Source of the DNA: Thermoproteota archaeon
Lineage (GTDB): Archaea > Korarchaeota > Korarchaeia > B14-G2
Assembly: GCA_037917675.1 (NCBI GenBank)
Contig: JAVCBW010000023.1
Span: forward strand, 1 to 13,678
Length of the DNA: 13,678 nt
Direction of reading: 5' to 3'
How positions within the stretch are numbered: position 1 is the first letter of the stretch; each line of letters begins with the position of its first letter. Shown one piece after another: positions 7,047 to 13,678 of this stretch. Below the pieces are notes generated by a model. That model was not told the origin of the DNA, searched no databases, and worked only from the letters and a program-made list of their open reading frames with translations. The position numbers were made by a program, and so were the translations under genes.

Positions 7047-8063
7047 TTAGCCTTCGAGTAGAGGCTTCAGCTCCTCTGGCAGCTCACCGAAGCCAGCTGG
7101 CCTACTGAGGAATGGCTGTCCACATGCAGTAAGGACCTCTCTTCCTGTGCTGCCTAGCAGGAGCTTGAGGAACTCGACTGCACCCTCTCTGTTCTCTGCT
7201 GTAGCGGGTATCGTAGCTCCGTATACTATGGGCTTCCCCTCAATCTCCCTCTCCTTGCTTGTCCCACAGAGAATATGTACTGAAACCCTCTTGTAGAGGT
7301 CTTCGTATAGTGGGCTTCCCAAGTTGATTTCACTAGGTAGCTCTATGAACTTAAGGTTATGTTGAACTGCTATACTCCTGTACTCGAATGCATAGTCTAG
7401 CGACCCTGCTTCAAGCAAGGCTATGAGGTCTATGCTCTTAGCTCTCACGACGAGCTCTCCTCTGACAGCTAGTGAGGCTGGGACATGCAGGTGTAGCCTG
7501 CCACCTTGCTCTCTAAGCTCTATGTTGCTCTTCTCTAGCACAAGCTCCTCTAGTATAGCTGGGTCACCATAGTATAAGCTGGCTAATGCAATTACAGTAA
7601 TAGACCTATAGCCACATGGATCCCTATTGGGGTCTGCAAAGCCATATCTCACATCACTCCTCCTCAGTATCTGATGCCAGTTCTCAGATGTCACTTCGCT
7701 AGCATACCTGCTTCTGCTAGTATAGCAGAGGACTATCCTGTTTGTGGCGAAGGTAATGTAGAAGCTTGCATGCTCTGGTATCATGTACTTTGGTATCAGC
7801 CTGTAGTCTGCTAGAGCTAGGATGTCACATCTCCTCTGGAGCTCAGTTACCTTCCTGACAGCTTCAATGCTCCCACTAGCCTCGACCACGACATTGATAC
7901 CAGGATGCTGGCTCATATACTCCTCTGCTAGCTTCTCGAGGGGGATTTTCAGCGACCCTGCGCAGAAGACTACCAGCTCACGCTCCCTGCCCCCCCTAAG
8001 CACCAGAGCACCCAGAATGGCTGCTGCCAGCAGCACGAGATAAGCTCCAAGCCTCCTGCTCAA
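7047..8063 (-). CDS. wtpA: Tungstate/molybdate ABC transporter substrate-binding protein WtpA
   Basis: AGSL, GSIEAVRKVTEL..DILALADY, DPNRDPCGYR, DYAFEYRSIAVQHNL.FIELP.EINL and GKPIVYG.TIP motifs, plus an N-terminal TM anchor. SD GGTGAG precedes TTG. Confidence 0.93.
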   Translation of the reverse strand: MSRRLGAYLVLLAAAILGALVLRGGRERELVVFCAGSLKIPLEKLAEEYMSQHPGINVVVEASGSIEAVRKVTELQRRCDILALADYRLIPKYMIPEHASFYITFATNRIVLCYTSRSRYASEVTSENWHQILRRSDVRYGFADPNRDPCGYRSITVIALASLYYGDPAILEELVLEKSNIELREQGGRLHLHVPASLAVRGELVVRAKSIDLIALLEAGSLDYAFEYRSIAVQHNLKFIELPSEINLGSPLYEDLYKRVSVHILCGTSKEREIEGKPIVYGATIPATAENREGAVEFLKLLLGSTGREVLTACGQPFLSRPAGFGELPEELKPLLEG

Positions 8064-8095
8064 CTTCTCACCGGAGACTCACAGAGAGTAACGAG

Positions 8096-8106
8096 ATATA
8101 AATTCG
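8096..8106 (-). promoter_or_regulatory. TATA promoter of wtpA
   Basis: Minus strand reads CGAATTTATAT, about 33 nt upstream of the start. Confidence 0.6.
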
Positions 8107-8212
8107 CTGGAGACGCGTGTGCAGCATAGCTGAAGCCTAGAGGCTACATGAGTTCGAGAGGCAGCTTGATAAGCAATTATAGTGAGACTTATATCCCCAT
8201 GTCCTCTGCAGC

Positions 8213-9346
8213 TTGGTGGCCTGGTTGTCGATGATAAGGGATATATTCTCGAGGTGTAGGAGGCTTAAGGAGGATGGTAAGCGTGTCGTAGACGCCCACA
8301 TAGGTGCTCCATCACATGCTCCACCCATCTCGGTAGAGGAGCTCTTAGCTAACATCTGTGAAGCTGGCTCAAGATATGTGAAGGGCTTCTCACCTGGGCG
8401 AGACTACACACCTTTCCCTGGCCTCGATGTCGTCAGGGAGGCTGCAGCAGAGTTCGCATCGAGGTTCCTTGGAGTCAGCTATAGCCCTGAGAGGACTGTG
8501 ATAACAGCAAGTGGAGCACACGGCTGCTTCATAGCCTTCAGCCTCTTCAAGGGTAGGGAAGTCCTCATACCTAAGCCAGGGTTCCCCTTATACTATACGC
8601 AAGCTGAGCTAGCTGGAGTCAAGCAGAGATACTATAACCCCATAGCAGAGGACATCGTAGAGGAGATATTGGCTAAGATAGCAAGTGAGACAGCAGCTGT
8701 CATAGTTAACTACCCAAACAACCCAACTGGCTGGGTTCCTAGCTCAAGGAGGCTCGAGGAGCTCTGGAGTGAGCTCCAGTCCAGGTACATAGCTTTAATC
8801 AACGACGCAGTTTACCATGAGCTCTACTATGTGGAGAGGCCAAGCTACCCAGGCGACATCCTCCTAGACACAGCCTCAAAGTCCTTTGCTCTACCAGGGA
8901 TGAGAGCAGGCCTCCTATACGCCCAGACAAGGGAGCTAGCTGATAGGGCAGCTAGAATAGTATACTACACGACAGCTGGAGTAGCAGATGTCTCTCAGAT
9001 AGTATATGCTGAGGCGATGCGTAATGCTACAGAAAGCTACTTCGAGGAGGTAAGAGCGTACTACAGGCATAAGAGAGACATGCTGGCTGAAGAGCTCAGA
9101 AGCCTAGGCTTCAAGCTTATAGAGCCAAGGGGAGCCTTCTACGTCTACGCCACACACCCAAGGATACCAGACACAATAAAGCTAGCAGAGTCACTTCTCA
9201 GAGGTGACAGGGAGGCATGTGTGGGGGTAGTTCCAGGAGAAGGCTTCGGTGGAAGCCCAAGGTGGATGAGGATAAGCTATGGCAGGCTGAGTGAAGAAGA
9301 CATCAAGATAGTGGCCAGAGAGCTGAGAAGAGAGCTAGAAGCCTAG
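8213..9346 (+). CDS. PLP-dependent aminotransferase class I/II (aspartate/aromatic aminotransferase-like)
   Basis: VNYPNNPTG, INDAVYHEL, SKSFALPGMRAG (PLP lysine), PRGAFY, VPGEGFG and MRISY motifs. The likely start is TTG 8225 or ATG 8231 after GGTGG, with TATA-like CTTATAT at 8188-8194. Confidence 0.92.
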   Translation: MVAWLSMIRDIFSRCRRLKEDGKRVVDAHIGAPSHAPPISVEELLANICEAGSRYVKGFSPGRDYTPFPGLDVVREAAAEFASRFLGVSYSPERTVITASGAHGCFIAFSLFKGREVLIPKPGFPLYYTQAELAGVKQRYYNPIAEDIVEEILAKIASETAAVIVNYPNNPTGWVPSSRRLEELWSELQSRYIALINDAVYHELYYVERPSYPGDILLDTASKSFALPGMRAGLLYAQTRELADRAARIVYYTTAGVADVSQIVYAEAMRNATESYFEEVRAYYRHKRDMLAEELRSLGFKLIEPRGAFYVYATHPRIPDTIKLAESLLRGDREACVGVVPGEGFGGSPRWMRISYGRLSEEDIKIVARELRRELEA

Positions 9347-9546
9347 CCTGAAGAGCATGCAGCTATAGCTACCCCTGCACTACCATAATTCCACTAAGCT
9401 CTCCCCATGAGTACACTTACATGGCTTCCTCCTCTCGCCTCTAGCAGCACCTCCTGCTGAAACAACACCACTGTGATGGCAGCTCTCCAATGGCATGCTT
9501 AATATTATTGGCTCCATCATGTTAGAGTACTTGCCTGGGTGGGGGT

Positions 9547-10947
9547 TTGAGTAGTAGAGTCTTCTACCTATATACTCCTTTAAGTGAGAGATATGTTCCT
9601 GGCTTCCTCGAATTCCTGTACTCTATGTATGTTCTCCCTAGGATCTCTAGGATAAGAGAAGTCTTTAGTGCTCCTGGTAGAAGCCTCAGGTTTAAGCTGG
9701 TTCACCCATCTGGGCTTTGGAGTGTTGGTGTAGAGGTCACTGCAGCTAAGCCTATTAGAGTTGAGGTTAAGTGCGAGGGAGAGGCTCCAGTAGGTGTTGA
9801 GAGGGCTGTCAGAGAGGATATTGAGTTCTACTTGAGGCTTTATGAGGAGAGGCTCATACCAGCTAGAGTCTGCTTCTCCTGGGTTGGTGGTGAGGTTGCT
9901 CCAGAGGAGTGGAAGGGGAGGAGGGCTCTCGGCAGGCTTCTCACAGATAACATGCTGCCCTTCTTCATCTTGACAATGGCTCTGAGCATACCTCTCTTCT
10001 ACCTCCTAGGGAGGATGGCTCCTATAGCTCTAGTAGCCCTCCAGCTTAGCATAGTGCTTCTGGCAGGTAGGCTCATGCTGCTAGCTGGAGGCATGGAGGT
10101 CACTGATAAGACTCCAAATGTGTATGTTGTCAAATATGACCTAGATGTCGAGAGCTATAGGCTTGTGCTGAGCAAGCTTGGGCTTGGCGTGTTCTCTGAG
10201 GTTAAGGAGGATATTTATGCTAGTAGCCTCGCTAAAGGGAGGCCTCCCAGCCAGGAAGAGGTCAGGCAGGCTCTTGAGACACATGGAGTCAGCTTCTCAC
10301 CAGACTACTTGAAGATCAGGCAAGTTGACCTCTACAGCATCGTTAAACGCGTCTTTGAGAGATTTAAGCTCCCAGTGCCCAGGATTCTAGTCATCAATAA
10401 CCCAGCTCCTAATGCTGCTGCAGCAGGCCCAGGGCCTTCACTAGGGGTGCTTATTGTCACCTCAGGGCTCCTACTAGCCTTAGAGGAGGATGAGGTTGAG
10501 GCAGTCATTGGACACGAATGTAGCCATCTCAAGGCTAGAGATCCTCTAATCATGTTCATCATGTCATCAGTAGAGTTCCTGTTGAGGTTTTACTACCTCT
10601 ACTGGCTGGCAGCACTCTTCCCATTCTTCTACTTCCCAGCTGCATTCGGCCTCATATACTTTCTAGCAAAGTTCCTTGAGGCTAGAGCTGACCTAGACTC
10701 TGCTGTAAAGCTCAGGAACCCGAGGACACTAGCTCGAGCCCTCACTAAGATAGGCTACATGCACCTCTACCTAGAGACTAGAGCCTCCTCCAGACTACAG
10801 AGCTGGCTTAGATTCGACCCTCACCCACCAGTATACTTCAGAGTAAGGAGGCTAGAGAGAATAGAGGACCCCTCTAAGATCAAGCATACCATGCTCAGGT
10901 CTATAAAAGATGTCTTATCTGCCATCTTAGCAGCAGAACGGTGGTGA
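9547..10947 (+). CDS. M48 family (HtpX-like) membrane zinc metalloprotease with long N-terminal extension
   Basis: PNAAAAG, VTSGLL..L..DEVEAVIGHECSH (HExxH at 10513-10527), EARAD, LARALTKI and DPHPP..FR motifs, with multiple TM helices. Confidence 0.92.
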   Translation: MSSRVFYLYTPLSERYVPGFLEFLYSMYVLPRISRIREVFSAPGRSLRFKLVHPSGLWSVGVEVTAAKPIRVEVKCEGEAPVGVERAVREDIEFYLRLYEERLIPARVCFSWVGGEVAPEEWKGRRALGRLLTDNMLPFFILTMALSIPLFYLLGRMAPIALVALQLSIVLLAGRLMLLAGGMEVTDKTPNVYVVKYDLDVESYRLVLSKLGLGVFSEVKEDIYASSLAKGRPPSQEEVRQALETHGVSFSPDYLKIRQVDLYSIVKRVFERFKLPVPRILVINNPAPNAAAAGPGPSLGVLIVTSGLLLALEEDEVEAVIGHECSHLKARDPLIMFIMSSVEFLLRFYYLYWLAALFPFFYFPAAFGLIYFLAKFLEARADLDSAVKLRNPRTLARALTKIGYMHLYLETRASSRLQSWLRFDPHPPVYFRVRRLERIEDPSKIKHTMLRSIKDVLSAILAAERW

Positions 10948-11138
10948 AGTCGCTACTAGCATGTGGCAGCTAGCCTAAGCATCTACAGGCCAATACATCC
11001 AAAACTACTCGCAGCTAAATTAGCTGAGGACACCTGTAAGGCACTTCATCACATGCCTAGAGACTACCAGCCTCTCTTGCATGGATTTGTATGCTGCACT
11101 GGCACCCCCCTTGGAGGGCTGGCTGAAGAGGCTTCCTG

Positions 11139-11861
11139 CTAGCCTGGAGGTCCTTTCTCCCCTCTTGAAGGCTTGTGCTCATGTCCTCCTGGATGCTCTG
11201 ACGGCTTAGCTGGAGGGCATGTAGCTGGTGGCTTAGCTGGAGGGCCTGCTATGCCTTCTTCAGCAGCCTTCTCTGCTTCGCTAGCTATCTTCTGGAAGTC
11301 TACTGGGCATCTTCTTCCTCTTTTGCCCATTTCCTCCCCTATAGCTCGGCCCTCGCTAGCGAATGCCTGTGCAAGCTCTCTCAGCCTCTCAGCTAGGCTC
11401 TGGGCTTGCTCACGTAGGTCACCCGCCATCTCCCTGTTTATTTTGGCAAGCTCCTTGCCTAGCGAGCCCATAGTCTCACCTATCGCCTTCATTTCAGCTG
11501 CTAACGCTCTCATTTCAGCTACGAATGCCTCCAGGGTTATCTCTCCACTCCTGAACGCTTTGATCAGGTTGAGCCTCCTCTCTCTTATCTCTGCTAAAGC
11601 TTGCTTCAGCCACTCATTTCTCTCTTTGATCAGGTTGAGCCTCCTTTCCCGCGCTGTAGTTACTGTCATCATCCTCCTTAGGATGAACTCCTGGATTTCA
11701 GCCTGCCTCTCTGCAATGAGCTCGTGGAAGGCTGCTGAGATCTCTTTGCCAAGCGGCAGAGGAGGGCTCTCCTGAGCTAGAGCTAGATGCCCACCAGTAG
11801 CTAAGGCTAGTAGCAGCACTACTGCCATCATGCTCTTAGCTACTCTACCTGCCACCTCCAC
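11139..11861 (-). CDS. Secreted alpha-helical coiled-coil protein with low-complexity Pro/Gly/His C-terminal tail
   Basis: Signal peptide (MMAVVLLLALATGGHLALA|Q), a heptad-rich E/R/A helical body and a GEITLEAFVAEM motif. The exact start codon is uncertain. Confidence 0.8.
   Translation of the reverse strand: MEVAGRVAKSMMAVVLLLALATGGHLALAQESPPLPLGKEISAAFHELIAERQAEIQEFILRRMMTVTTARERRLNLIKERNEWLKQALAEIRERRLNLIKAFRSGEITLEAFVAEMRALAAEMKAIGETMGSLGKELAKINREMAGDLREQAQSLAERLRELAQAFASEGRAIGEEMGKRGRRCPVDFQKIASEAEKAAEEGIAGPPAKPPATCPPAKPSEHPGGHEHKPSRGEKGPPG
11203..11245. repeat. Intragenic 16-bp direct repeat (PPAKP x2)
   Basis: GGCTTAGCTGGAGGGC at 11203-11218 and 11230-11245. Confidence 0.85.
11558..11645. 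repeat. Intragenic 22-bp exact direct repeat (RERRLNLIK x2, 66-nt period)
   Basis: CTTTGATCAGGTTGAGCCTCCT at 11558-11579 and 11624-11645. Confidence 0.9.
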
Positions 11862-11892
11862 TCTACACCACCCGTAACCCGGTAATCAAAGC

Positions 11893-11909
11893 TCTTTTAA
11901 CGGTTTCTC
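11893..11909 (-). promoter_or_regulatory. BRE-TATA promoter of the secreted coiled-coil gene
   Basis: Minus strand reads GAGAAACCGTTAAAAGA, about 33 nt upstream of GTG 11861. Confidence 0.55.
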
Positions 11910-11917
11910 CCCTCTAC

Positions 11918-11978
11918 GGTTCACGCTGTTGTTCTAGAATGTTTATAGGGGTTTATTTCTGTTTAAAATAGGTCTAGA
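11918..11978. promoter_or_regulatory. Helically phased direct-repeat array (KGTTYA, 10-bp period)
   Basis: GTTCT 11931, GTTTA 11941, GTTTA 11951 and GTTTA 11961, flanked by GTTCA 11919 and GTCTA 11972. Confidence 0.7.
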
Positions 11979-12003
11979 GGTTAGATGGCATATGGAGCTA
12001 GCT

Positions 12004-12897
12004 TTATCTTAGGTATACCATGTTCTGCCTACCTAGCTTCCTCCTATAGACTATACCCTGCTTCTCTAGGCTGCTGACTATCATGCTCACCTTAGCCTTA
12101 GAGAATCCTGTTAGCTCCACTATCTTCGACTGTGGGAGAGCTCCATCATGTCTCTGGAGTAGCTCGATGACAAGCTGATGTGCATCGCTTGGAGTGAGAG
12201 GCCTCCTCCTTTTTCTCAATAGGATGAGGGCTACTAAGGCAGTGAGGAAGGCTGCTAGCATGTATGGAAGCAGCTGCCTAAGCTGCTGAGCTAAGCTAGC
12301 TGGCACCTTAGCTAGCGCCACGACTATCTTCGGCTCTCCAGCACCAAAGTCTCTCCTCCCATACCATATGAGCTCTCCATCTCTCATCTGGTCTTGAGGG
12401 GGGATAACTACCTCTATGGTAGACTGAGGTGGGACTCTGATTACTAGCGTGTCATCTCTTGAGAGGTAGAAGCCTCCTTCAAACACGTCTCCAATAACAA
12501 GCTTACCATCCTCTACTCTAGCGAAGCTCTTCCACTCAAACTCATATCGGATGACCCCATAGTTCCCTGAGGCAGCCTGAACCCTCTCGACAGCTATGCT
12601 GAAACCTGTAGCCTCCATGGAGCGTCCTGTGATGACAGATGCCCTCTCAACAACCTGCATCATCCTCTCCTCAAACTCCCTGAGGTATGAGGAAACATTC
12701 TTCTTGAACTCTGAAGCATACTCGTCGAAAGCCTCTATAGCCTCCCTGCTCTCTAGCAGCACCCTCCTCTCAACAGCCCAGCTAGCATCACCATGCTCAT
12801 CTACAGTGATCATGAAGGCTGTAGCAAACTCCCACTCACCCATAGGAGGCTGGCATAGAAAGACAGCAGCCAGCAGTATAGCTCCTCCAGCTAGCAT
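12004..12897 (-). CDS. Membrane-anchored transcription regulator: signal peptide, extracellular DUF4897/DUF7345-like domain, TM helix, cytoplasmic wHTH (COG2512-like)
   Basis: ITVDEHGDASWAVE and IGDVFEGGFYL..DDTLVIRVP motifs, a TM helix followed by RKRRR stop-transfer, and C-terminal GALPQSKIVELTGFSKAKVSMIVSSLEKQGIVYRRKLGRQNMVYL. TATA TTATAA lies at 12931-12936. Confidence 0.88.
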   Translation of the reverse strand: MLAGGAILLAAVFLCQPPMGEWEFATAFMITVDEHGDASWAVERRVLLESREAIEAFDEYASEFKKNVSSYLREFEERMMQVVERASVITGRSMEATGFSIAVERVQAASGNYGVIRYEFEWKSFARVEDGKLVIGDVFEGGFYLSRDDTLVIRVPPQSTIEVVIPPQDQMRDGELIWYGRRDFGAGEPKIVVALAKVPASLAQQLRQLLPYMLAAFLTALVALILLRKRRRPLTPSDAHQLVIELLQRHDGALPQSKIVELTGFSKAKVSMIVSSLEKQGIVYRRKLGRQNMVYLR

Positions 12898-13203
12898 CCA
12901 CTACACCACTAGAAGCTAGCTCAACACCCCTTATAACATTAGATGAAGAGGGTGCTGACAGGCTTCCTCCTGCTCTCCACCAGAGCCCTATAGGAAGCAG
13001 AGACTACAGAGCCATGTAGAAAATGAAGAATCACACCACATAGCTGAAGCATATCATACCACACTAACACGCTACCTGCAGAGGATATAAGACATATGTG
13101 AATTTATAACACTAGGCAGTCTAGCGAGAATGTATGCTTTAACCAAATTATGGAGGCAATCAGTAGGAGATCTACAACTCCCCTACCTGAGCAGGTGATA
13201 ATT

Positions 13204-13405
13204 ATGGTTAAATGCCCATACTGCAGCTATGAAGCAGATGAATCGAGCTTTAGACCTCTCCGCAAGCCCTGGAAGTTCAGGTTCTACACAGTAAAAATGC
13301 TAGAATGTCCGAGATGCCACAAGGTGTTCAATTATTATTTCTGGTATTAGTCCTCGCGGTAAGAAGTCTGAGTACGTTATTAGGATAAAGCCAAGGTCTA
13401 GGTGA
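13204..13405 (+). pseudogene. Small C4 zinc-ribbon protein gene, apparently frameshifted (+1) near 13338-13340
   Basis: SD AGGTGA precedes ATG 13204, and the protein has CPYC...CPRC. The first frame stops at 13350. The +1 frame continues SGISPRGKKSEYVIRIKPRSR to TGA 13403-13405, which overlaps the SD of the next gene. Confidence 0.7.
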
Positions 13406-13409
13406 AAGA

Positions 13410-13678
13410 ATGGAGTCTCTTAACACCTCTTCTATAGACCTCAAGCTTGTTGCTCAAAAGATTCGAGAAACTATTGGAAGTATTGAGGTTGACTGTCATG
13501 TAGGTGGTCACCGCTGTAATGAGGAGAATGTCAAGCTTGAGATTGAGAGAATTCTATGGGATGAGGTTTGGAGTAAGCTAGGTGTTGAAAAGCCTGTTTA
13601 CGAGAAGCCCTTAGGTAAGGGTGTCTCCGCCCGTAGTTATAAACGTGCAGATGCCTTCTACGGTCTAACGATATTCGA
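13410..13678 (+). CDS. Probable Type IIG restriction-modification (endonuclease-N6 methyltransferase) protein, N-terminal fragment (not in the ORF track)
   Basis: SD AGGTGA at 13400-13405 and the frame is open to the window end: MESLNTSSIDLKLVAQKIRE...NEENVKLEIERILWDEVWSKLGVEKPVYE...KRADAFYGLTIF(E). NEE...YE...R.DA.YG..I.E matches PD-(D/E)xK N-termini of Type IIG enzymes. The methylase motifs would lie outside the window. Confidence 0.7.
   Translation, partial: MESLNTSSIDLKLVAQKIRETIGSIEVDCHVGGHRCNEENVKLEIERILWDEVWSKLGVEKPVYEKPLGKGVSARSYKRADAFYGLTIF

Noticed and set aside
4835-8355. Short ORFs 4835-5029(-), 5765-5953(-), 7822-8043(+), 8137-8355(-)
   Set aside because: Antisense shadows of bfr/sor, trxB, wtpA and the aminotransferase.
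11558-11645. 22-bp repeat with 44-bp spacer resembling a mini-CRISPR
   Set aside because: Only two copies, in frame inside a CDS encoding a peptide repeat, with no leader or cas genes.
11173-11775. 200-aa ORF on +
   Set aside because: Antisense shadow of the secreted coiled-coil gene, with the Ser/Leu/Ala-rich composition typical of a reverse frame.
10332-12919. Short ORFs 10332-10562(-) and 12596-12919(+)
   Set aside because: Antisense to the M48 protease and the TM-HTH regulator.
13150-13203. ORF-track start at 13150 for the Zn-ribbon gene
   Set aside because: ATG 13204 has a canonical AGGTGA SD and gives a typical MVKCPYC start, so the upstream 18 codons are probably UTR.
13204-13405. 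Cren7 chromatin protein as the identity of the small basic ORF
   Set aside because: It lacks the Cren7 W.L.P.G..GV.IGLF motif. Only size and basicity are similar.

Overview
Archaeal chromosomal window. TATA/BRE promoters, GGTGA/GGAGG ribosome-binding sites, WtpA and a class II superoxide reductase suggest an anaerobic, probably thermophilic TACK/Thermoproteota-type organism (inference). Left to right: the 5' end of a secreted-protein gene (-, cut off by the window edge); an anchored deacetylase-like hypothetical (+); a membrane-anchored ArsR-type wHTH regulator followed by a yxlEFG-like PLDc_N/ABC ATPase/ABC-2 permease operon (-); an oxidative-stress cluster of bacterioferritin-like protein, SOR and a TrxB-like flavoprotein lacking NADPH motifs (+); an orphan wtpA (-); a class I/II aminotransferase (+); an extended HtpX/M48 protease (+); a secreted coiled-coil protein preceded by a membrane-anchored sensor-TM-HTH regulator (-); and a compositionally distinct segment with a frameshifted Zn-ribbon gene and the start of a probable Type IIG restriction-modification gene (+, cut off). 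The main highlight is two independent membrane-tethered one-component regulators, each with a distinct phased cis-repeat array in front of the neighbouring promoter. No rRNA, tRNA, CRISPR array or transposase was seen. Family assignments come from motif recognition, not database searches.
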